Notes under the pieces: generated by a model
Database searches by the model: none
Told to the model about the DNA's origin: nothing
What the model saw: only the letters and a program-made list of their open reading frames with translations
Sequence record: KY608966
Reading direction: 5' to 3' (one strand)
Source: Escherichia phage CF2
Length of the DNA stretch: 53,242 bases
Shown here: positions 7,716 to 15,500 of the stretch, one piece after another
Layout of the letters: every line of letters begins with the position of its first letter
Numbering within the stretch: the stretch's first letter is position 1
Made by a program: the position numbers and the translations under genes

Positions 7716-7744
7716 TTTACTTACTTCGCGTAACTCGTTATAAT
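7716..7744 (+). promoter_or_regulatory. sigma70-type promoter TTTACT-17-TATAAT (terminase operon)
   Basis: -35 at 7716-7721 and -10 at 7739-7744. Confidence 0.65.
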
Positions 7745-7776
7745 CCCGACTATCCGGATTAACGAGGACGATACCA

Positions 7777-8067
7777 ATGGCAAAACCGAAAAAAACCCGT
7801 GAGGCAACAGAAGAGCTGTTGGCCACTATGCGACGTATCCAACTGGACCCGTTGGAAGTTATGCAACGAGCTATCATCCTTGCTGAACGTGAAGACGACT
7901 ATAAAGCAATGATGGATGGTGCGCTTGGTGTTATGCCGTACATGTATCCTAAGCTGAAAGAGTCCGTTGTTAAAGCTGACATCGACCAGAACTTGTCTGG
8001 TAACGGCGTCAACCTGAATATTACAATCGGTGACCAGAAAGTGGTAGACGTTACTGAGGAAGAGTAA
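7777..8067 (+). CDS. Putative terminase small subunit
   Basis: 96 aa with a basic N-terminus 'MAKPKKTRE', immediately upstream of the large terminase. The call rests on position. Confidence 0.5.
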   Translation: MAKPKKTREATEELLATMRRIQLDPLEVMQRAIILAEREDDYKAMMDGALGVMPYMYPKLKESVVKADIDQNLSGNGVNLNITIGDQKVVDVTEEE

Positions 8068-8070
8068 TAA

Positions 8071-9519
8071 ATGAACCTTGACTTTCACCTGCATGACAGA
8101 CAAGGTGCCGCTCTGCAGTCTCAGGCAACTGAGATTCTGTACGGTGGCGCCGCTGGTGGTGGTAAGTCTCACCTTATGCGTGTAATGTCAATTATCATGT
8201 GCTGCATGATACCTGACTTGCAGATTTACCTTTTCCGCCGAAACTATAACGACCTTACGGCTAACCACATGGTTGGCCCCACAAGTTATCCTGCCTTGCT
8301 GGATGGTATGTGCAAAGCTGGCAAGTGCAAGATTAACTACTCGAGCAACACGATTAAATTCTGGAACGGTGCGAACATCAAACTCTGTCACCTCCAGTAC
8401 GAAAAAGATATTTATACCTACCAGGGTGCGGAGATTCACGTTCTGCTGATGGATGAGCTTACTCACTTCACAGAAACGATGTACCGCTTCTTGCGTAACC
8501 GTGTCCGACTCGGTGCTCTTAAAGTCCCTGAGAACTTTTTCCGGCCACTACCACTCATCTTTTGTGGGTCAAACCCCGGTGGTGTTGGTCACAACTGGGT
8601 TAAGCGTACTTTCGTAACTGCTGCTCCTCCGATGAAAATCGTTAAGCAGGATAAACGCGAAGGCGGTATGGCTCGTCAGTACATTCCGGCTAAGATGACT
8701 GATAACCCTACGCTGATGGAAAACGACCCTGACTACGGTGACCGTCTTGAAGGTCTTGGCGACCCGGCGCTTGTTGCGGCGATGAAAGAGGGTGACTGGG
8801 ATATTGTTGCAGGTGGTGCACTAGACGACGTATGGTCAACTAAGTGCATTCTGCCGCGTATGCGTATTCCTAAAGGCTGGACTATCGAACGTTCTCTTGA
8901 CTGGGGATCTACTCACCCGTTCTCTGTTGGTATCTGGGCTATTGCAAATGGTGCCTCGCTTACAGACGACGAAGGCAATGAGTACTTTATTCCGCGTGGT
9001 TCAATTATACGTATAGCTGAATGGTATGGGTGCTCTGAAAAAGAAGCTAACAGGGGTATTAAGCTATCTGCTGCCGAAGTCGCTCAAGGTGTTCTTCGCC
9101 TACAGGAAAATCTGCAGGCTGGTGGCTGGATTCAAAGCAACGTTAATCCTGGTCCGGCAGATAGTCAGATTTATGCGTGCAAAGAAAAAGACGTTGAGAC
9201 TATCGCGAAAAAAATGGAAGACGAAGGCGTAACCTGGGTCAAGGCCGACAAGTCGCAAGGTTCGAGAATAAATGGCTTAGAGCTATTCCGTCAGCTTCTG
9301 AAAAATGTTAAGATGGACGAAACGGAAAAGCCGGGCATTTATTTCATGGAAAACTGTCCAGCAGCCATAAACACGTTGCCGGTTCTGCCGCGTGACAAGA
9401 ACAACACGGAAGATGTCGACACGAACTCTGAAGACCACGTATACGATGATTGTCGTTACATGGTGTTGCGTGGCATCAACCGTTATACTACCAAGCTCAA
9501 AATAAATATGGGACGGTAA
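8071..9519 (+). CDS. terL: Terminase large subunit
   Basis: Walker A 'GGAAGGGKSH' and Walker B 'VLLMDELTHF', with a C-terminal nuclease-type region. Confidence 0.9.
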   Translation: MNLDFHLHDRQGAALQSQATEILYGGAAGGGKSHLMRVMSIIMCCMIPDLQIYLFRRNYNDLTANHMVGPTSYPALLDGMCKAGKCKINYSSNTIKFWNGANIKLCHLQYEKDIYTYQGAEIHVLLMDELTHFTETMYRFLRNRVRLGALKVPENFFRPLPLIFCGSNPGGVGHNWVKRTFVTAAPPMKIVKQDKREGGMARQYIPAKMTDNPTLMENDPDYGDRLEGLGDPALVAAMKEGDWDIVAGGALDDVWSTKCILPRMRIPKGWTIERSLDWGSTHPFSVGIWAIANGASLTDDEGNEYFIPRGSIIRIAEWYGCSEKEANRGIKLSAAEVAQGVLRLQENLQAGGWIQSNVNPGPADSQIYACKEKDVETIAKKMEDEGVTWVKADKSQGSRINGLELFRQLLKNVKMDETEKPGIYFMENCPAAINTLPVLPRDKNNTEDVDTNSEDHVYDDCRYMVLRGINRYTTKLKINMGR

Positions 9520-9520
9520 A

Positions 9521-11083
9521 ATGTCGATAACCCCAAGCAGCACGCCGAACGTCGGATACCAGCGTCCTGAGCTGACTAAGAACGCTGGTAAGTACCGAAT
9601 GATTAAGGACTGCATCGAGGGTCAGGAAGCTGTTAAAGCACGCGGTGATTTCTACTTGCCCCGTCCTGACCCTACGAACTGCACAGAAGAAAACATGATG
9701 CGGTACAATTCGTACTTGCGTCGCGCTGTGTTCTACAACGTACTACAGCGAACTCTTTCGGGTATGACTGGTCTGGTATTCCAGCAGCAGCCTGAGATGT
9801 TGATGCCTGACGATATGGAAGTGCTGAAAGTAAATATCGACGGCGCAGGCATTGGCGCTATTCAGCAAATGCGTAAGTGCTTCAAGTCTGTTCTGGCTTT
9901 TGGTCGCGCAGGTCTGCTGACTGACTTCCCTAAAGCACGTATCGGTGAGTTTGGCGAGTCCATTGGCTTTACCCGTAAAGAGCTGATGGACGGAGATGTA
10001 CAGCCGACTGTAACGCTGTATATGCCATGGCAGATTATAAACTGGCGGGAAGAGTATCGCAATGGTAAAGTGATGCTCACTCAAGTTGTCATTTGCGAAC
10101 AGATACCGGGGGTTACTGATGGCTTTCAGCAAGACTACACACCCGTGTGGCGTCACCTTTACCTGGATGAAGAAGGCAATTGCAACCAGTCTTTGTGGGT
10201 CAATAAGGGCGACAAGAATGCGCAGAACGTCTCCGGTGGTGCGTTGTATGTCACACAAGAAAATGTTGTCTTACGCGACTCCAATGGCTTACCGTTGAAG
10301 TTTATTCCGTTCCAGTTTATTGGTTCTGAAACAAACAGCGCTGAGATTGACCCTCCGCCGATGTACGACTTAGCTGTGCTTAATATTGCACACTACCGTA
10401 ACTCTGCTGACTACGAAGAGTCATGCTTCGTAACAGGTCAACCCACAGTATGGGCGTCTGGTCTTACTGAGGCATGGGTTGAAGATGTTCTGAAGGGTGA
10501 ACTGCGACTCGGTTCGTTTGGTGGTATTCCGCTGCCGGCTAACGCCGCTGTAGGTATTATTCAGACCAACCCTAACACCCAGCCGTTTGAAGCGATGAAG
10601 CAAAAAGAAGCGCAGATGATTGCAATCGGTGCTCGACTGATTCGTGAGAATGGTAAGGTAGAACGACGCGAAGTTGAGATTAAGAATGAAGCGGCGTCTG
10701 AAGCTTCGCTTATCGTAACTGTTGCGCAGAACGTTGAAGCTGCTTATCGTAAGGCAATCGAATGGTGTGGCCTGTTCTACGGACACCATAAAGAAGAAAT
10801 TACGATTAACCTCAGCTACAACTTTATCTATAGCCAGTTGACTTATCAAGAACGTCAGCAGCTGGTTAACGAATGGATTGCCGGTGCTATCACGTTTAGT
10901 GAGATGCGTAGCAATCTTAAACAGGCTGGCATTGCTAAGCTCACCGACGAAGAAGCCAAGAAGCTAATTGATGAAGAGCTGGCTGAACGCGATGCGCGTG
11001 AGGTAGCAAAAGAAGCAGAAAAGAACGCTCAAGCAGCTAAGAACAGCGATGGGCAGGAAAATAATCCAGAAAAAACTGAATAA
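9521..11083 (+). CDS. Portal protein
   Basis: 520 aa, directly downstream of terL, with an acidic and basic C-terminal tail. Confidence 0.8.
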   Translation: MSITPSSTPNVGYQRPELTKNAGKYRMIKDCIEGQEAVKARGDFYLPRPDPTNCTEENMMRYNSYLRRAVFYNVLQRTLSGMTGLVFQQQPEMLMPDDMEVLKVNIDGAGIGAIQQMRKCFKSVLAFGRAGLLTDFPKARIGEFGESIGFTRKELMDGDVQPTVTLYMPWQIINWREEYRNGKVMLTQVVICEQIPGVTDGFQQDYTPVWRHLYLDEEGNCNQSLWVNKGDKNAQNVSGGALYVTQENVVLRDSNGLPLKFIPFQFIGSETNSAEIDPPPMYDLAVLNIAHYRNSADYEESCFVTGQPTVWASGLTEAWVEDVLKGELRLGSFGGIPLPANAAVGIIQTNPNTQPFEAMKQKEAQMIAIGARLIRENGKVERREVEIKNEAASEASLIVTVAQNVEAAYRKAIEWCGLFYGHHKEEITINLSYNFIYSQLTYQERQQLVNEWIAGAITFSEMRSNLKQAGIAKLTDEEAKKLIDEELAERDAREVAKEAEKNAQAAKNSDGQENNPEKTE

Positions 11084-11088
11084 AGCTA

Positions 11089-11117
11089 TTTACTTTCGGT
11101 TTACCTGGCTATATAAT
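11089..11117 (+). promoter_or_regulatory. sigma70-type promoter TTTACT-17-TATAAT (scaffold/capsid)
   Basis: -35 at 11089-11094 and -10 at 11112-11117. Confidence 0.65.
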
Positions 11118-11260
11118 CCTTCATGTCAACCGCGCAACAGCCGGCCACGAGAGTCTGCAGGGCTCAGTGGATTTCGGATGGCTGGCTGCGCGGTTTGACC
11201 CAAACCTGTTCGGAGCCCACTTGAGTGGATTGAGCCCCTCTCATATAGGATTGTAAAATT

Positions 11261-11974
11261 ATGGCACTTAAAACAGTTGTAACTGACCTTAACGAAGTTG
11301 ATGAAGGCTTCCGTGGCCTGTATATCAAAGACGACGCGTCCGGTGCGTTTCGTTTGGATGTTGAACCAGACGAAAAAACGCTGAAAGAATTAGAAGACCT
11401 GCGCAAAGAAAAACAGCGTATGGAGCAGCACACCAAAAAACTTCTCGAAGAGAAGAAAAAAGAAGCTGAACGTGCTCGCCTCGCTGAAGAAGAACGCGCA
11501 CGTCGTGAGCGTGATGTTGAATCTCTTGAGCGTTCAATCAAAGAGAAGCATCAGGCTGAACTTGAACAGTATACCAGTCGTCAGGCACAGCTGCAAGCAC
11601 AGCTGGAAGCGCAGATGGTTGATAACATCGCGTTGAACCTGGCTAACCAACTCTCTGACACCCCGGCATTAATTATGCCACACATCAAGGCCCGACTGCG
11701 CGCTCAGGAAATTGATGGTAAGTGGCGTACTATCGTCGTGGATGTTATGGGTAACCCGACTGCTACAACGCCAGATGAGCTAGTGGAGCATATGCGCGCT
11801 GATAAGCAGTTTGCACCTCTTGTGCGTGGAACCAAGGCTGGCGGTGGCGGTGCCAACGGCGGCGGAGCTAATCCTGGTGGGAACGGCGGTGGCGAACAGC
11901 ACACTTTCGGGGGCGGGGATGACCGCATAGCACGTGCTCGTGCTAAAATCCAAAACACACAATGGGGCAAATAA
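11261..11974 (+). CDS. Scaffolding protein
   Basis: 237 aa. Highly charged coiled coil (EEKKKEAERARLAEEE) and a Gly-rich C-terminus, lying between portal and capsid. Confidence 0.7.
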   Translation: MALKTVVTDLNEVDEGFRGLYIKDDASGAFRLDVEPDEKTLKELEDLRKEKQRMEQHTKKLLEEKKKEAERARLAEEERARRERDVESLERSIKEKHQAELEQYTSRQAQLQAQLEAQMVDNIALNLANQLSDTPALIMPHIKARLRAQEIDGKWRTIVVDVMGNPTATTPDELVEHMRADKQFAPLVRGTKAGGGGANGGGANPGGNGGGEQHTFGGGDDRIARARAKIQNTQWGK

Positions 11975-11977
11975 GTT

Positions 11978-12955
11978 ATGTCACTGTATATTTTTAACGA
12001 ACAAGTACGTTCTACCGCCACCGAACTGGTCGACCAGGACGTACAGAAGTTCAACGAAGCTTCTGCAGGTACCCTTATCCTGGGTAACCAGTACGTAATT
12101 GGTGATTACGTTGAGCAGGCAATGTGGCAGCTGGTTGACGGCATCGCTACTCGCCGTAATGCTTACGCAGGCACCAACAAAGTTGATGCACAGACTCTGG
12201 GTCAGATTCTGGACCGCTCTGTTAAAATCGACGGCCGTGTTGGTCCTCTGAACATTACCGGTACCATGATGCGTCGCATCGGTGCAGGTGATACTGAACC
12301 AGCAGCTGTTGTTGCTGCACAGGCTTCTGCTGCAATGTTCCAGGATTACCTGAACACCACTGCTGCATGTCTGGTAGCTGCTATCGGTGCAAACGCTGAT
12401 GTTGTTCTGGACGTAACTTCAGGCTCCGGTGCTGCTGCAAACATCACCATGCAGAACCTGAACAAAGTCAACGCGAAGATGGGTGACCGTTCTCAGCAGA
12501 TTCGTGCGTACATCATGCACTCTACTGCGTTCCACTCCCTCATCGACCAGGCTATCAACAATACAGAACACCTGTTCCAGATTGGTGACCTGAACGTGTA
12601 CAAAGACTTCCTGGGTCGTCGTTATGTCGTTTCCGACATCCCAGCTCTGGTTGATGGCGCCGGTGCTTCCGCTAAGTACCGCACTCTGGGTCTGACCCCG
12701 TCTGCTGCAATCGTTCAGGTCGGCGGCCTGTACGATATGGTTACCTCCGAGCAAACCGGTGGTGAAAACATCCTGCGTCAGATGCAGGGTGAATACGACT
12801 TCAACGTGTCGCTGAAAGGCTACAGCTGGGTCGGTCACAAAGCTGGTCAGTCTCCGACTGATGAAGACCTGGCTGCTCAGGCGTCCTGGTCTAAAGTTGC
12901 GACTTCCAACAAAGACACCGCTGGTGTTATGCTGCTGGCTAAGTCTGCAATCTAA
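11978..12955 (+). CDS. Major capsid protein
   Basis: 325 aa, with codon usage typical of high expression, located after the scaffold gene and followed by a strong terminator. Confidence 0.8.
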   Translation: MSLYIFNEQVRSTATELVDQDVQKFNEASAGTLILGNQYVIGDYVEQAMWQLVDGIATRRNAYAGTNKVDAQTLGQILDRSVKIDGRVGPLNITGTMMRRIGAGDTEPAAVVAAQASAAMFQDYLNTTAACLVAAIGANADVVLDVTSGSGAAANITMQNLNKVNAKMGDRSQQIRAYIMHSTAFHSLIDQAINNTEHLFQIGDLNVYKDFLGRRYVVSDIPALVDGAGASAKYRTLGLTPSAAIVQVGGLYDMVTSEQTGGENILRQMQGEYDFNVSLKGYSWVGHKAGQSPTDEDLAAQASWSKVATSNKDTAGVMLLAKSAI

Positions 12956-12977
12956 CCCACAAACGGGACTAACAAAA

Positions 12978-13005
12978 GGCGAGCTGACGAGCTCGCCTTT
13001 TTTTA
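12978..13005 (+). terminator. Rho-independent terminator after the capsid gene
   Basis: Stem ggcgagc/gctcgcc followed by T7. Confidence 0.85.
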
Positions 13006-13034
13006 TTTACACGTATAAAGTTCTGGTATATAAT
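13006..13034 (+). promoter_or_regulatory. sigma70-type promoter TTTACA-17-TATAAT
   Basis: -35 at 13006-13011 and -10 at 13029-13034. Confidence 0.65.
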
Positions 13035-13060
13035 CGGACTAAACTTGCTGGAGGCTTTCT

Positions 13061-13561
13061 ATGGCATACACACTTGTTGTGGAAGACGGTTCAATTGTTC
13101 CGGGTGCTAACTCGTATGTTAGCACTGCAGAAGTTGATGAGTTTATCACTAACGAAGGTATTCTCATTCAACCAGGAACTGACCCGTACTACCAAGCTGC
13201 CAAAGCAGCTATCCGACTTGATAACCAGTTTAACTGGCTAGGTCGTAAGGTCAGCAAAACACAGAGCATGGCTTGGCCCCGTACTGGCCTCGGTGCATGT
13301 AATGTTGACATCGCTGAGTCTGTAATTCCGCGAGAAGTTAAGCTGGCACAGCTTTATATGATGGCCAGTGTATTGAGCTACGACGGTGAAGAAGGTGTGC
13401 GTAGCGACCAGGCCTTGCGCCGTAAGAAAGTTGGTAACCTGGAGATTGAATACTTCGACTCCAAATCAGGCGTTACCGGTGCAACTGACCTTTGGACGTC
13501 AGACGTCAAGGCCATGCTCAAGCACCTTGTGGGTGCGTCCCTGAGAACGCGGAGAGTATAA
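13061..13561 (+). CDS. Head-tail connector (gp6-like adaptor)
   Basis: N-terminal 'GANSYVSTAEVDEFI' signature typical of the gp6-like connector family. Confidence 0.6.
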   Translation: MAYTLVVEDGSIVPGANSYVSTAEVDEFITNEGILIQPGTDPYYQAAKAAIRLDNQFNWLGRKVSKTQSMAWPRTGLGACNVDIAESVIPREVKLAQLYMMASVLSYDGEEGVRSDQALRRKKVGNLEIEYFDSKSGVTGATDLWTSDVKAMLKHLVGASLRTRRV

Positions 13562-14049
13562 TGATTCGCATACGCCTTGAACGTCGCGACAAACAAAAGT
13601 TCGAGTTCACCTACCGTGCCTTTAAGTCGTTTGAAGGTCAAGGCGTATCAGTAGGTGTTCATCCAGAGCACAACATACGTATAAATCCCAGGGACCGTAT
13701 AACAAACGCCGAGCTAGCAATGGTGCATGAGTACGGTCTTAACGGTCTGCCAGAACGAAGCTTTCTTCGTAGTGCTGTTGGTGGCAGGGGTAAAGGCCGA
13801 CAGGCAATAAACAAAGCTTTCCGCGATAATGTACCTGCTGTTCTCAGAGGAAGCATGACTGCGCATGAGCTTAACGACAAAATAGGTCGTATGCTTGTTG
13901 ACGCTGTTCACGACAGAATGGACAGTGACGTGCCACCTCCTAACACCGAGCTGACAGAAGAACGCAAACGCGGGCCAGGTACGCTTAGAGAATCTATGCA
14001 GTTGTATGATTCGATAGGGTACAAAGTTGGCAGAAACTGGAGGCTATAA
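13561..14049 (+). CDS. Head-tail joining protein (HK97 gp10-like)
   Basis: 162 aa from ATG 13561, with a TAATG overlap and GGAGAG upstream. The call rests on position in the neck module. Confidence 0.5.
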   Translation: MIRIRLERRDKQKFEFTYRAFKSFEGQGVSVGVHPEHNIRINPRDRITNAELAMVHEYGLNGLPERSFLRSAVGGRGKGRQAINKAFRDNVPAVLRGSMTAHELNDKIGRMLVDAVHDRMDSDVPPPNTELTEERKRGPGTLRESMQLYDSIGYKVGRNWRL

Positions 14050-14426
14050 TGCTCAAGATAACTTCGCTAATGAAGGATAAAACCTTTGTAGCATTAACAG
14101 ATGTTCTTCTCCGAAATGATTCACGCTTACCAAACGGCGACTTCGAAGACGAATATACAGCTGCAAAGTATCTGTGTAACATTCAACCTGGTGCAGCTAC
14201 TAACCAGCCTAACCTGTTGACTAAAGACGATGGCGAGCATGAGTTCCCACGTATTGCGATATACTGTGGACAAGAACTAAAGCTCGGAGACTTCGTTATA
14301 TACGAAGACCAGCCATACCGTGTATTCCGTATCGACCCATGGAGTCGTCATGGCCACTACTACGTTACAGCAATTCTCCATAAAGGACCTCAGGGAGCTC
14401 GTTCAGAAGCTTTTAACATTACCTGA
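14049..14426 (+). CDS. Hypothetical neck or tail-completion protein
   Basis: 125 aa, coupled by a TAATG overlap. Confidence 0.5.
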   Translation: MLKITSLMKDKTFVALTDVLLRNDSRLPNGDFEDEYTAAKYLCNIQPGAATNQPNLLTKDDGEHEFPRIAIYCGQELKLGDFVIYEDQPYRVFRIDPWSRHGHYYVTAILHKGPQGARSEAFNIT

Positions 14427-14877
14427 CGGTGCATGCATTATTGGTGAAGAGTCTGGTACAGTTGATGGTACGCCGTATGTTTATCTGCGTCCTGGTGATG
14501 CTTATGACTTCGGACCTCCTAGAACCAGACAAGGCTCTGACGGCTTTGAGTACGTCAGCAAGCCAATGATGACAGCTGTACGTATTACAGCTGTCGGTAA
14601 GAATGCTGCTGAGCTAATGCGTAAGCTACACATAGCGCTGGGTAGTTCACCAGCTAAGCAGTTTAACCGTTTACGGCATTATGCAATAACCAAAATATCG
14701 AAGATTGATAATGTCGGTGGTGCTATTGGTGCAGGCTATGCTCAGAAGTCAATGCTGACTGTTGATATTAGCTATGTGCATAAAGTTAAAATTGAGCAAC
14801 CGTACATCTACAAGGTTGACATCACTTGTATGGATGACAACGGTAACAAAGCGACTGGTACAGTAGAGGAACCGTAA
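14350..14877 (+). CDS. Hypothetical structural protein
   Basis: ATG 14350 has GGAG 6 nt upstream. It overlaps the upstream gene by 77 nt. Confidence 0.5.
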   Translation: MATTTLQQFSIKDLRELVQKLLTLPDGACIIGEESGTVDGTPYVYLRPGDAYDFGPPRTRQGSDGFEYVSKPMMTAVRITAVGKNAAELMRKLHIALGSSPAKQFNRLRHYAITKISKIDNVGGAIGAGYAQKSMLTVDISYVHKVKIEQPYIYKVDITCMDDNGNKATGTVEEP

Positions 14878-15500
14878 TGGCAACTGAAGTAGACCCGGAA
14901 CTGCAAGCGCAGCTGGATAAGCTAACCACTGCTGTCCAGCTCATTCATGACTTCGGTATGTCAGGCGACCCAAACATCCCTAACCCGGAAGGCGGTGTCA
15001 TACGCACACTCGAAGGCATTAACGCTGCAATCAACGAAGCTATACCAAACTTTGAAAACGCTAACGAAGCTGCTATCCAGGCGCGTGCTGCTCGTGACGC
15101 GGCTATTGCAGCCAAAGAAGCTGCAGAAACGGCAGCTGAACAGGCCACAGTAGCTTCGACGTCAGCAATCTATGAGTACGGCAACGTTGCAAGTGCAGCT
15201 ACAGTGACTATACCAGCTGCGTCTAAAACAATTGTCAGCCTTACTCTTAACCAGCCAAACACCGTAATTAATATCGGTGGTGTATCTGACCCGTCTACTG
15301 TTGCGCGTCAGATTACTATTGCTATTAAGCAAGGCACTGGTTCTAACAAGGTGACTTCTTGGGATCCAAGAATAAAATGGGCCAACAACAGGAAGCCCGT
15401 TCTGTCATTCCTTGTGGGTTACACAGATGTTGTTACGTTGCTGACCTTTGACTCAGGCGCAACTTGGATGGGTTTCTTTAACGGTGGATGGATTAAATAA
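14877..15500 (+). CDS. Hypothetical virion protein with Ala-rich coiled coil
   Basis: 207 aa. 'ANEAAIQARAARDAAIAAKEAAETAAEQA' resembles a fibre N-terminus. Confidence 0.5.
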   Translation: MATEVDPELQAQLDKLTTAVQLIHDFGMSGDPNIPNPEGGVIRTLEGINAAINEAIPNFENANEAAIQARAARDAAIAAKEAAETAAEQATVASTSAIYEYGNVASAATVTIPAASKTIVSLTLNQPNTVINIGGVSDPSTVARQITIAIKQGTGSNKVTSWDPRIKWANNRKPVLSFLVGYTDVVTLLTFDSGATWMGFFNGGWIK

